Part shown: positions 9,772 to 19,021 of the stretch, one piece after another
Layout: the number at the start of each line of letters is the position of its first letter
Numbering within the stretch: the first letter of the stretch is position 1
Assembly (NCBI GenBank): GCA_036523455.1
Contig: DATDED010000243.1
Span: 1-61,133, forward strand
Direction of reading: 5' to 3'
Length of the DNA stretch: 61,133 nucleotides
From: Gemmatimonadales bacterium
GTDB taxonomy: Bacteria > Gemmatimonadota > Gemmatimonadetes > Gemmatimonadales > GWC2-71-9
Made by a program: the position numbers and the translations under genes
Notes under the pieces: model-generated
What the model was told of the DNA's origin: nothing
The model's database searches: none
Seen by the model: the letters and a program-made list of their open reading frames with translations, nothing else

Positions 9772-10977
9772 CTACCCGGCGGCGAGTGCCTGGTCCAGAT
9801 CCTCGATCAGATCCTCGATATCCTCGATTCCCACCGAGAGCCGGATCAGGCTGTCGGTGAGCCCCATCTTCTGCCGCAGCTCCGGCGGGACGCTGGCATG
9901 CGTCATCGACGCGGGGTGGCCGATCAGGCTCTCCACGCCGCCCAGCGACTCGGCCAGGGCGAACACCTTGGTGCGCTCCACTACCCGCCGTGCGAACGCG
10001 GGGTCACCCAGCTCGACCGAGAGCATGCCGCCGAACCCGCTCATCTGCCGGCAGGCGAGGTCGTGCTGAGGGTGGGAGGGGAGGCCCGGATAGTACACCT
10101 GCCGTACGCGCGGATTGTGCGACAGCCACTCGGCGACGCGGCGGCCGTTGGCGTCGTGCTGGCGCATGCGCAGCGGGAACGTCTTGATGCCGCGCAACGC
10201 CAGCCAGCAGTCGAACGGCCCCGGGACCGCGCCGGAGCCGTTCTGGATGAACGCCAGCCGCTCGGCCAGGTCGTCGCGCGGCGTCACCAGCATCCCGCCC
10301 ACCATGTCGCTGTGGCCGTTCAGATACTTGGTGGTCGAATGGAGCACGAGATCGGCGCCGAACTCGAGCGGGCGCTGGAAGCAGGGCGTGGCGAACGTGT
10401 TGTCCACGACGAGCAGCGCGCCGGCGCGCTTGGCGATCTCCGCCGTGGCGGCGAGATCGCACAGCCGCATCATCGGGTTGGTCGGGGTCTCGGCGTAGAT
10501 CAGCTTCGTGCGCGGGGTCACGGCGGCGGCGACCGCGTCCGTGTCTCCCCCGTCCACGAACGTGAACGTCAGCCCGAGCCGGGACCAGATGAGCGTCATC
10601 TGGCGGTGGGTGCCGCCGTACACGTTCTCACCGCTCACGACGTGGTCGCCCGCGGAGAGCAGCTTCATCAGCGCGTCCACCGCGGCGAGGCCGGAGCCGT
10701 AGGCGAGCCCGTGCCGCCCCCCCTCGAGGGCGGCCACGCTGCGCTCCAGGGCCTCGCGCGTCGGGTTGCGGGTACGGCCGTACTCGTAGCCCTTGTGACG
10801 GCCCAGCCCCTCCTGCACGTAGGTCGAGGTCTGGTAGATAGGCGTCATCACCGCCCCGGCGAGCGGGTCGGGCACCATCCCGCCATGCACGGCCCGCGTG
10901 CCCATCCGGCGCCGTAAATCCGCGTCAAACGCCTTGGTCATGGCCGGGAACGTACCGACGCCTTTCGCCGCGAGCAA
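9772..10977 (-). CDS. PLP-dependent Cys/Met-metabolism enzyme (cystathionine gamma-synthase / beta-lyase family)
   Basis: The 401-aa ORF has the PLP-lysine segment HSTTKYLNGHSDMVGG and family-typical TRNPTREALE. The start is uncertain: an alternative ATG at 10941 gives MTKAFDAD.... Confidence 0.8.
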   Translation of the reverse strand: MLAAKGVGTFPAMTKAFDADLRRRMGTRAVHGGMVPDPLAGAVMTPIYQTSTYVQEGLGRHKGYEYGRTRNPTREALERSVAALEGGRHGLAYGSGLAAVDALMKLLSAGDHVVSGENVYGGTHRQMTLIWSRLGLTFTFVDGGDTDAVAAAVTPRTKLIYAETPTNPMMRLCDLAATAEIAKRAGALLVVDNTFATPCFQRPLEFGADLVLHSTTKYLNGHSDMVGGMLVTPRDDLAERLAFIQNGSGAVPGPFDCWLALRGIKTFPLRMRQHDANGRRVAEWLSHNPRVRQVYYPGLPSHPQHDLACRQMSGFGGMLSVELGDPAFARRVVERTKVFALAESLGGVESLIGHPASMTHASVPPELRQKMGLTDSLIRLSVGIEDIEDLIEDLDQALAAG

Positions 10978-10996
10978 GCGACCCTTACGTTAGCCC

Positions 10997-12070
10997 GTGA
11001 TGACGGGCCGAAACGGGCTTTCCTGCATCGTGGTGGATGACGAACCGCGGCTGCGACGCGTGATCGCCCACCTGCTCGAGGGTGACGGGTTCCGCGTGCG
11101 CGAGGCCGGTACCGGGGTCGAGGCGTTGCGGGAGATGGAGATGGAGCCCGCGCCCCTCGTGATCTCCGATCTCCGCATGCCGGAAATGGACGGCGCCACG
11201 CTGCTGCCCCACCTCCTCAAGCGCTGGCCCGACACGGCGGTCGTGATGGTCAGCGCCGTCGCCGACGTGGACACCGCCGTCAAATGCCTCAAGCTTGGCG
11301 CGCTCGACTACGTCAGCAAGCCGTTCAACCTGGGCGAGGTGCGCGCCCGGGTGGACCAGGCGCTGCAGCGCCGCCAGCTGCGGTTGGAGCTGCAGGGCTA
11401 CCGGGCGGAGCTCGAGGCGCGGGTGCACGCGCAGGAGCGGCGCATCAAGGAGCTGTTCCTCGACCGGGTCGAGGCGCTCGCCCAGGCGCTCGAAGAGAAG
11501 GACGCCTACCTGCGCGGCCACTCGCTGCGCGTCGCGGAGTACGCGGTGCAGACGGCCCGGCGGCTCGGGTTCGATGAAGAGACGATCGACACCGTCCGGC
11601 TGGGCGCGCGGCTCCACGACCTCGGCAAGATCGGCGTGAGCGAGGAGATCCTGCACAAGCCGGCGAAGCTGACCCCCGAGGAGTACCGCCACATCATGGA
11701 GCACACGGTGATCGGCGCGCGCGTTCTCGGACCGTTGCTGCGGGACCGTCCCGGCGCCATCGCGATCGTGCGCTCGCATCACGAGCGCGTGGACGGCAAG
11801 GGGCTGCCGGACGGCCTGCAGGGAGACGCCATCCCGGCGATCGTCCGGATCGTCTCGGTGGCGGATGCGTTCGACGCGATGACGAGCGAGCGGACCTACC
11901 GGCATTCGCTGCCGGTCGAGGAGGCCCTGAACGAGCTGCGCCGGCAGCGGGGGGTCCAGTGGGATGCCACGGCTGTGGACGGGTTCCTGGACGCCTTCCC
12001 CGACATCCATCACCTCCCCATTCCCACCCCCGACCTGTCCGCCGGACGCGCTCCCCAGCCCGTCGGTTGA
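10997..12070 (+). CDS. Response regulator with HD-GYP-type phosphodiesterase domain (GYP is GLP here)
   Basis: The receiver has VVDDEP and ISDLRMPEMDG. The HD domain has HDLGKIG and HHERVDGKGLPDG. Confidence 0.8.
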   Translation: MMTGRNGLSCIVVDDEPRLRRVIAHLLEGDGFRVREAGTGVEALREMEMEPAPLVISDLRMPEMDGATLLPHLLKRWPDTAVVMVSAVADVDTAVKCLKLGALDYVSKPFNLGEVRARVDQALQRRQLRLELQGYRAELEARVHAQERRIKELFLDRVEALAQALEEKDAYLRGHSLRVAEYAVQTARRLGFDEETIDTVRLGARLHDLGKIGVSEEILHKPAKLTPEEYRHIMEHTVIGARVLGPLLRDRPGAIAIVRSHHERVDGKGLPDGLQGDAIPAIVRIVSVADAFDAMTSERTYRHSLPVEEALNELRRQRGVQWDATAVDGFLDAFPDIHHLPIPTPDLSAGRAPQPVG

Positions 12071-12103
12071 CGCGGCGTTCCGTCCTCCCGTAACGTTCCG
12101 GCC

Positions 12104-13534
12104 ATGCCCGACACCTTGATGGTCGGCGTCTCCGGAATCCGCGGCATCGTCGGCAAGGACCTGACTCCCGAGCTCGTCGCCCGTTACGCGGCCGCCTTCG
12201 GCGCGTGGGCCCGCACGGGGGGCGCGCGCCGTCCCCGGATCGTCCTGGGCCGCGACGCGCGGACGTCGGGCCCCATGTTCATGCAGGCGGCATCATCCGG
12301 ACTCGTGTCGGTCGGATGCGATGTGATCGACATCGGACTCACCACCACGCCCTCCGCGCAGCTCGCGGTGGAGCATCATCGCGCCGCGGGGGGGATCATC
12401 CTCACCGCGAGTCACAACCCGATCGAGTGGAACGCCCTCAAGTTCGTGGGCCCCGACGGCGTCTTCATCGACGAGACAGCGGGGGCGCAGGTACGTGCCC
12501 TGGTCGCCGAGGGACCGATTCCCCGCGCCGACCATGGCAACCTCGGCGCCGTCATCACCGACGGAGAGGCGTTGAAGCGGCACCTGGCCGCGGTAGTGCG
12601 GCTGGCCGGCGTGGACACGGCGCGGGTACGCAAGCGCCACTTCCGGGTCGCGCTCGACACCTGCCGCGGAGCGGGCGGAGCCATCATGCCGGCCTTGCTC
12701 GAGCGGCTCGGCTGCGAGGTCGCCGGCATCAATCTCGAGACCGACGGCCGGTTCCCGCGGCCTCCCGAGCCCATCCCGGAGCAGCTCGGGGCGCTGGGGG
12801 CCGTGGTGCAGCGGGTGCAGGCGGATATCGGCATGGCGGTGGACCCCGATGTGGACCGTCTCGCCCTCGTAGACGAGCAGGGGGAGCCGATCGGAGAGGA
12901 CTACACGCTGGCGTTCGCGGTCAGAGCGGTGCTGGGAGGAAACGGGAAGGGGGAAGGGGGAAGAGGGAAGGGTAAAGGCGCTGCCGGTGACACGACGCCC
13001 GAGTCGCGGGTCGTGGTGTGCAACCTCTCGACCAGTCTCGTCGTGGAAGACGCGGCGCGCGACTGCGGCGCCCTGGTCGTCCGGGCGCCGGTGGGTGAAG
13101 CCCACGTGGCGCGGGCGATGATCGAGCGTGGCGCGCCGATCGGGGGGGAGGGAAACGGCGGCGTGATGTACCCGGCGCTCCACGTTGGACGCGACGCGCC
13201 GGTCGGAGCCGCGCTGATCCTCACGCTCCTGGCGCGGGACGGGCGCCGCGTGAGCGAGCTGGTGGCGGCCTCGCCGCGGTACGCGATCGTGAAGGACAAG
13301 GTGCCGCGGAGCCGGACGTCGGGACTGACACAGGTCTACGCGGCCCTGCGGGCGCGGTTCGCGGATGCGACGGTGGACGAGCGCGACGGACTGCGGCTGG
13401 GCTGGCGCGACCGCTGGCTGCACGTGCGGCCCTCGAACACCGAGCCGATCATCCGGTTGATCGCGGAGGCGCCGACGGCGGCGGAAGCGCGGCAGCTGGT
13501 GGACGTGGGACGAAACCTATGTGCGGAATCGTAG
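12104..13534 (+). CDS. Alpha-D-phosphohexomutase (phosphoglucosamine mutase / phosphomannomutase type) carrying an in-frame repeat insertion
   Basis: The product has GVSGIRG, the phosphoserine loop TASHNP and the Mg loop DPDVDR. It overlaps glmS by 16 nt, which suggests a GlmM-like role. The segment NGKGEGGRGKGKG is encoded by the G-tract repeat at 12944-12979. Confidence 0.8.
   Translation: MPDTLMVGVSGIRGIVGKDLTPELVARYAAAFGAWARTGGARRPRIVLGRDARTSGPMFMQAASSGLVSVGCDVIDIGLTTTPSAQLAVEHHRAAGGIILTASHNPIEWNALKFVGPDGVFIDETAGAQVRALVAEGPIPRADHGNLGAVITDGEALKRHLAAVVRLAGVDTARVRKRHFRVALDTCRGAGGAIMPALLERLGCEVAGINLETDGRFPRPPEPIPEQLGALGAVVQRVQADIGMAVDPDVDRLALVDEQGEPIGEDYTLAFAVRAVLGGNGKGEGGRGKGKGAAGDTTPESRVVVCNLSTSLVVEDAARDCGALVVRAPVGEAHVARAMIERGAPIGGEGNGGVMYPALHVGRDAPVGAALILTLLARDGRRVSELVAASPRYAIVKDKVPRSRTSGLTQVYAALRARFADATVDERDGLRLGWRDRWLHVRPSNTEPIIRLIAEAPTAAEARQLVDVGRNLCAES
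12944..12979 (+). repeat. Single copy of the (GGGAAGR)n G-tract module, inside coding sequence
   Basis: The sequence gggaagggggaagggggaagagggaagggtaaagg shares gggaagggggaagagggaaggg (22/22), then aaagg after one T/G difference, with the reverse complement of 2425-2454. It also shares the ...gagggaagggtaaa end of 2370-2404. Confidence 0.9.
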
Positions 13535-15351
13535 GGTACACCGGTCGCAAGCAGGCCGCCGCAATCGTCCTGGAAGGCCTGAAGCGACTCGAGTACCGCG
13601 GGTACGACTCGGCCGGCATCGCCGTCGTGGGCGACGGCCGCCTCGAGGTGGTCAAGGCGGCCGGGAAGATCTCCGCGCTGGAGCAGGTGCTGGGCAGCCG
13701 GCTCCCGGCGGGCCGCACCGCGCTGGCGCACACCCGCTGGGCCACCCACGGGGCGCCCACCGACGTGAACGCCCACCCGCACTCGGACTGTGGCGGCACG
13801 CTCGCCGTCGTGCACAACGGCATCATCGAGAACGCCACCGCGCTGCGGAAGGCGCTCACGGGACGGGGCCACGTGTTCCGCTCCGAGACGGACACCGAGG
13901 TGCTGGCCCACCTGATCGAGGAGCTGCACGGGGCGGGGGCCTCGCTGGGCGATGCCGTGGTGGCGGCGCTGCAGCAGGTGCAGGGCACCTACGGGATCGG
14001 CGTGGTGTCGACCCGGGAGCCAGACACGATCGTCGCGGCCCGGTGCGGCTCGCCGCTGCTCGTGGCGATCGGCTCGGGCGAACACTTCGTGGCCTCCGAT
14101 GCCGCCGCCGTGCTGTCGTACACGCGGTCGGTCGTGTATCTAGACGACGGCGAGGTGGCCATCGTGCGGCCCGATGACTACCGCATCCTCGATCTCGCCG
14201 CCGTCGAGAAGGTCAAGGCGGTCACGCGGGTGGAATGGGACGTGGGCACCATCGAGCGTGGCGGCCACGCGCACTTCATGCTGAAGGAGATCCTCGAGCA
14301 GCCCGAGAGCCTGCGCAACACGTTGCGCGGACGCCTGCTCGAAGAGGAAGGCGACGTGCACCTGGGCGGGCTGAACGTCTCCGACGAGGAGCTGCAGCGC
14401 GTCAACCGGATAGTGTTCACGGGCTGCGGCACGTCGTGGCACGCCGGGCTGATCGGCGAATACATGATGGAGGAGCTGGCGCGGCTGCCGACCGAGGTCG
14501 AGTACGCCTCGGAGTTCCGCTATCGCAACCCGATCGTGGACGACCGCACGCTGGTGGTGGGGATCTCGCAATCGGGCGAGACGGCGGACACCCTGGCGGC
14601 GTTGCGCGAGGCGAAGCGGCGCGGGGCCCGCACCCTGGGTCTCGTCAACGTGGTGGGCAGCACGATCGCGCGGGAGGTCGACGGGGGCATCTACCTGCAC
14701 GCCGGTCCCGAGATCGGCGTCGCCTCCACCAAAGCGTTCACCAGCCAGATCGCCGCGCTGGCTCTGCTCACGCTCAAGATGGGGCGGCTGCGGACGCTCT
14801 CGATTCTCCAGGGGCGCGAGGTGGTCCGTGCGCTGGCACGGTTGCCGGAGCTCGTCGAGCGTACCCTCGCCAAGGCGCCGGAAGTCGAGCAGCAGGCGGA
14901 GCGCATGATCCGCGCGACGAACGTGATCTACCTGGGCCGCGGCTACAACTTCCCGGTGGCGCTCGAAGGGGCGCTGAAGCTCAAGGAGATCTCCTACATC
15001 CACGCCGAGGGGTATCCCGCCGCCGAGATGAAGCACGGGCCGATCGCCCTGATCGACGACCGGATGCCGGTGGTGTTCATCGCGCCCCGCGACGCGGTCT
15101 ATCAGAAGGTGCTCTCGAACGTGGAAGAGGTGAAGGCGCGCGGGGGCCGAGTGATCGCGGTCGTCACCGACGGCGATACAGGCGTGGCGGGCCTGGCCGA
15201 ACACGCGTTCTCGATCCCCGAAACCCTCGACCTGCTCACGCCGGTGCTCTCGGTCCTGCCGCTGCAGCTGCTCGCCTACTACATCGCCGTGCGCCGCGGC
15301 TGCGACGTGGACCAGCCGAGGAACCTGGCCAAGAGCGTCACGGTGGAATGA
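13519..15351 (+). CDS. glmS: Glutamine--fructose-6-phosphate aminotransferase (isomerizing)
   Basis: The product has the N-terminal nucleophile MCGIVGY, two SIS-type segments and the C-terminal ...NLAKSVTVE. It is 610 aa. Confidence 0.95.
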   Translation: MCGIVGYTGRKQAAAIVLEGLKRLEYRGYDSAGIAVVGDGRLEVVKAAGKISALEQVLGSRLPAGRTALAHTRWATHGAPTDVNAHPHSDCGGTLAVVHNGIIENATALRKALTGRGHVFRSETDTEVLAHLIEELHGAGASLGDAVVAALQQVQGTYGIGVVSTREPDTIVAARCGSPLLVAIGSGEHFVASDAAAVLSYTRSVVYLDDGEVAIVRPDDYRILDLAAVEKVKAVTRVEWDVGTIERGGHAHFMLKEILEQPESLRNTLRGRLLEEEGDVHLGGLNVSDEELQRVNRIVFTGCGTSWHAGLIGEYMMEELARLPTEVEYASEFRYRNPIVDDRTLVVGISQSGETADTLAALREAKRRGARTLGLVNVVGSTIAREVDGGIYLHAGPEIGVASTKAFTSQIAALALLTLKMGRLRTLSILQGREVVRALARLPELVERTLAKAPEVEQQAERMIRATNVIYLGRGYNFPVALEGALKLKEISYIHAEGYPAAEMKHGPIALIDDRMPVVFIAPRDAVYQKVLSNVEEVKARGGRVIAVVTDGDTGVAGLAEHAFSIPETLDLLTPVLSVLPLQLLAYYIAVRRGCDVDQPRNLAKSVTVE

Positions 15352-15800
15352 AGGTGGTCCTGCAGCGCGTCTCCCGCGCCTCCGTTCGGATCGAGGGGCG
15401 CGTCGCGGGAGAGATCGGCACGGGATTCGTGGTGCTCGCGGGGTTTGCTCCCACCGATACCGACGCGACGCTGGCCTGGATGGCCGAGAAGATCCTGTCG
15501 CTGCGGCTCTTCGCCGACGATGCGGGCAAAATGAATCGTGGACTGGAAGAGCTGGGCGGCGCCGGGGTGCTGGTCGTCTCCCAGTTCACGCTGTATGGGG
15601 ACGCCCACAAGGGACGGCGACCCAGCTTCATCGCGGCCGCGCCGCCCGAGGTGGCCATCCCGCTCTACGAGCGGTTCGTGGCGCTGCTCGGCGAGCGCGC
15701 CGCACCGCTCGGCGTCGCCGTGGCGACCGGGGAGTTCGGCGCCATGATGGACGTGGAGCTGGTGAACGACGGACCGGTGACCCTGATTCTGGAGCGATGA
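15348..15800 (+). CDS. dtd: D-aminoacyl-tRNA deacylase
   Basis: ATG 15348 forms an ATGA overlap with the glmS stop. The product is [13 protein letters not shown]...SQFTLYGD...[10 protein letters not shown], 150 aa. Confidence 0.9.
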   Translation: MKVVLQRVSRASVRIEGRVAGEIGTGFVVLAGFAPTDTDATLAWMAEKILSLRLFADDAGKMNRGLEELGGAGVLVVSQFTLYGDAHKGRRPSFIAAAPPEVAIPLYERFVALLGERAAPLGVAVATGEFGAMMDVELVNDGPVTLILER

Positions 15801-15801
15801 C

Positions 15802-16770
15802 GTGTTCCGCAAGATCCTGTTGAACGTCGTTGCCGCCCTGGTCCTCCTCATCGTCGTCATGGTCCTCGTCGTCCTGCTGCGCTGGGACCGCACCTTCGAC
15901 GTGTCCCTGCCCGACATCCGGGCCAGCACCGATTCGGCGGTGATCGCCCGCGGGCGGTACCTGGTTTACGGGCCGGCGCACTGCGCCTATTGCCACAACA
16001 CGGCGGAGACCGTCGCCGCCCTGGACCGAGGCGAGCAGCCGCCACTGGCCGGCGGCTTCGCGTTCCACCTGCCCGTCGGGACGTTCCGCGCTCCGAACCT
16101 CACCCCCGATTCGGAGACGGGCATCGGCCGCTTGAGCGACGGCCAGATCGCCCGCTTGCTGCGCTTCGGCGTGCTGCCCAGCGGCCGCGCCGCGGTGCCG
16201 TTCATGGCCGCGCAGGACCTGAGCGACGCGGACCTCCTTGCTATCGTGTCGTTCCTCCGCTCGCAGCCGCCGGTGCGGCGCGCCATCCCTCCCCACGACA
16301 TCAACTTCCTCGGCAAAGCCGTCCTGGCGTTCGTGATCAAGCCGATCGGCCCGAGTGGCACGCCGCCGGCGGAGAGTCCGCCGCCCGGACCTACGGTGGA
16401 ACGAGGGGCGTACCTGGTGAGGGTCGTGGCGGAATGCACGGGATGCCACACGGAGCGGAGTCACGTCGACGGCTCGTATACCGGACCGCTGCTCGCCGGC
16501 GGAACGCCGATCGACGCGGAGGGAGCGCCCGGGCTCGTGGCCGTGCCGCCCAATCTCACGCCCGAGCCCCGGACCGGCCGGATCGCGGCGTGGAGCGAGG
16601 ACCAGTTCGTCGCCCGGTTTCGACAGGGGAAGCTCATCCCGCAGTCGCCCATGCCGTGGGGCGCGTTCACCCGGATGACCGACGACGACCTGCGGGCGAT
16701 CTACCGCTACCTCCGCACGGTTCCCCCCGTGGTGCACGATCCCGGCCCGTCGCTGCGGCGCAGCGAGTGA
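15802..16770 (+). CDS. Membrane-anchored dihaem cytochrome c
   Basis: GTG 15802 is the start. The product has an N-terminal TM helix and two CxxCH motifs (CAYCH, CTGCH). Confidence 0.75.
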   Translation: MFRKILLNVVAALVLLIVVMVLVVLLRWDRTFDVSLPDIRASTDSAVIARGRYLVYGPAHCAYCHNTAETVAALDRGEQPPLAGGFAFHLPVGTFRAPNLTPDSETGIGRLSDGQIARLLRFGVLPSGRAAVPFMAAQDLSDADLLAIVSFLRSQPPVRRAIPPHDINFLGKAVLAFVIKPIGPSGTPPAESPPPGPTVERGAYLVRVVAECTGCHTERSHVDGSYTGPLLAGGTPIDAEGAPGLVAVPPNLTPEPRTGRIAAWSEDQFVARFRQGKLIPQSPMPWGAFTRMTDDDLRAIYRYLRTVPPVVHDPGPSLRRSE

Positions 16771-17366
16771 CGGACGTGCCGCCGGCGGATTCTCCCATCG
16801 TGCTGGCGAGCTCGAGCCCGCGGCGGCGCCAGCTGCTCGAGATGTTGCGTATTCCATTCGAGGTCGAGCCCTCGGGCATCGATGAAGTGGTGCACCCGGG
16901 CGAGGCGCCGCGCGACTACGTCCTGCGGGTGGCGCGGGAGAAGGGGGAGGCCGTGGCCCGGCGGCGCCCCGGCGCGCTCGTCCTCGCGGCCGACACCGAG
17001 GTCGTGCTGGACGGCGAGGTGTTCGGTAAGCCGGCGGATCCGGCCGGCGCGGTGGGGATGCTGCTGCGGCTCCAGGGCCGGACCCATCAGGTCCTCACCG
17101 GGGTGACGGTCACCCTTGGCGGACGGTTGGAGCAGGCGCTCGATGTTACCGCCGTCACGTTCCGGCCCGCCGACGAGGCGGCGCTGTGCGACTATGTCGC
17201 GACGGGAGAGCCGCTCGACAAGGCGGGGGCGTACGCGGTGCAGGGGCTGGGCGGCGCCCTGATCGCCCGCATCGAGGGTGATGTCTTCGGGGTGATGGGG
17301 CTGCCGCTGCGGCTGGTGATCGACCTGCTGGCGAAGTTCGGGCGGCCCTACCGTTTCACGCGGTAG
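16767..17366 (+). CDS. maf: Maf-family nucleoside triphosphate pyrophosphatase
   Basis: GTG 16767 forms a GTGA overlap with the cytochrome stop and is in frame with ORF 15990..17366. The product has ASSSPRRRQLL, ADTEV and AGAYAVQG. An alternative GTG start lies at 16776. Confidence 0.85.
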   Translation: MTDVPPADSPIVLASSSPRRRQLLEMLRIPFEVEPSGIDEVVHPGEAPRDYVLRVAREKGEAVARRRPGALVLAADTEVVLDGEVFGKPADPAGAVGMLLRLQGRTHQVLTGVTVTLGGRLEQALDVTAVTFRPADEAALCDYVATGEPLDKAGAYAVQGLGGALIARIEGDVFGVMGLPLRLVIDLLAKFGRPYRFTR

Positions 17367-18976
17367 ACCGGCACCGGCTTCGTCTTCCCCTTCACCTGCA
17401 TCGGTTCCAGGGCTTCGACCGCCGGGGGGTTCTTCAGCGCCTTGTAGAACGGCTCGGCGATGAGGATCTCGTTGGCACCGGCGACCGAGCAGAGCCGGCT
17501 GGCGGTGTTCACGGCGTCGCCGATCACGGTGTACTCGAGGCGCCGGTCGGAGCCGAAGTTGCCGGCGAACACTTCGCCGAAGTTGATGCCGACGCCGATC
17601 TTGATCGGCGGGCGGCCCTGTTCCTTCCACTTGGCGTTCATCTTCTCGAGCGCGTTGAGCTGGTCGATCGCGCACTGCATGGCGCGGTCGGCGTCGTCCT
17701 CATGGGCGATCGGCGCGCCCCACAGCGCCATGATGGCGTCGCCCATGAATTTGTCGAGCGAGCCCGAGTGCTCGAACACGATCTCCACCATCTCGGTGAA
17801 GTATTCGGTCAGGAGGTGAGCCACCTCGTCCGGATTCATGTTCTCGGACATCGGGGTGAAGCCGCGGATGTCGGAGAAGAAGATCACGACCGGCCGCTTG
17901 TCCCCGCCCAGGGTGACGGCGCCTTCCTGCTGGGCGATCTGGGCCGCGACGTTGGGAGCGAAATAGCGCTGGAAGTTCGACAACACCATCGCTTCGCGGC
18001 GGATGCGCTCGGAGAGCTGGGAGTTCTCCACGGCCGTGGTGACGATGTTGCCGAAGGCGATGAGGAACTCCAGGTCTTCGTCGGTGAACGAGTGGATCGC
18101 GGTCTGGTTGTCGACGTAGATGATGCCCAGGGCCTGCTGGTCGGAGCCAAGCAGCGGTGTGCACATCGCGCTGCGCACGCTCTGAATGAGGATCGACTTG
18201 CCCTTGAAACGGTCGTCGGCGGCGGCGTTGTCGGAGAGAATCGCGACGCGGTCCTCCACGGCTTTCCGCGCGATCGACTGCGGGACGAGCTTGGCGGCGT
18301 TGGTGTCGCCGGTGCGGCTGCGGGAGACCTTGGGGACCAGCTCCTTGGTCCGGGGGTCGAGCAGCAGGATCGATACCCGGTCCACGTTCATGATCTGGAA
18401 CGTGACGTCCACCACCTTGTGCAGCAGCTGATCCAGCTCCTGCTGGCGCGAGAGCTCCTTGGAGATCTCGAGCAGCAGCTCGAGCTTCTTCTCGCGACGC
18501 TCGGTCTCGTTCTCCGCCTTCACCTTGAGATGCGACGCGCCCACCGCCGCGGGGCCGGTTTCGAGGGCGATCGCCTTCACCCCGCCCGACGAGGGACTGA
18601 CGGGCAGCTGTCGGACGATCGTCCCCTGCGGCATGGCGCGCGACCCGCCGGTCGTGCCCACTTCGGGCGAGGGGGCCGAGGGACGGACGGGCGGCGTGAT
18701 CCCCGCGACCTTGAAGGCGACCTTCCCGAACGTGACGACGTCGTTGGCGCCGGCGTCGGCCTGGGTGATGCGCGCCCCGTTCAGGAACGTGCCGTTCGAG
18801 GAGCCGAGATCCTTCACCCGGACGCCGCCGGCGACGAGGGTGATCTCGGCGTGGCGGCGGGAGATGGTGGGATCGTAGATGGGCACGTCGCTGGTGACGG
18901 CCCGGCCGACGACCAGCGTGCGGCCCGGCGCGAGCTCGATCGACTGGTCGCCGGAAGTGCTCAGCAGCTTGAACAC
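17348..18976 (-). CDS. FHA - GAF - class III adenylate/guanylate cyclase
   Basis: The FHA domain has GRAVTSDVPIYDPTISRRHAEI...GSSNGTFLNG. A central GAF-like region follows. The cyclase core has FFSDIRGFT and GDAIMALWGAP. Confidence 0.85.
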   Translation of the reverse strand: MFKLLSTSGDQSIELAPGRTLVVGRAVTSDVPIYDPTISRRHAEITLVAGGVRVKDLGSSNGTFLNGARITQADAGANDVVTFGKVAFKVAGITPPVRPSAPSPEVGTTGGSRAMPQGTIVRQLPVSPSSGGVKAIALETGPAAVGASHLKVKAENETERREKKLELLLEISKELSRQQELDQLLHKVVDVTFQIMNVDRVSILLLDPRTKELVPKVSRSRTGDTNAAKLVPQSIARKAVEDRVAILSDNAAADDRFKGKSILIQSVRSAMCTPLLGSDQQALGIIYVDNQTAIHSFTDEDLEFLIAFGNIVTTAVENSQLSERIRREAMVLSNFQRYFAPNVAAQIAQQEGAVTLGGDKRPVVIFFSDIRGFTPMSENMNPDEVAHLLTEYFTEMVEIVFEHSGSLDKFMGDAIMALWGAPIAHEDDADRAMQCAIDQLNALEKMNAKWKEQGRPPIKIGVGINFGEVFAGNFGSDRRLEYTVIGDAVNTASRLCSVAGANEILIAEPFYKALKNPPAVEALEPMQVKGKTKPVPVYRVKR

Positions 18977-19021
18977 GATGCGAAAATATACCCCGAACCT
19001 ACGGGGACGGAATCGCGCGTC

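Noticed and set aside
12071-13534. glmS ribozyme or riboswitch upstream of glmS
   Set aside because: glmS overlaps the preceding phosphohexomutase gene by 16 nt. There is no leader in which a ribozyme could sit.
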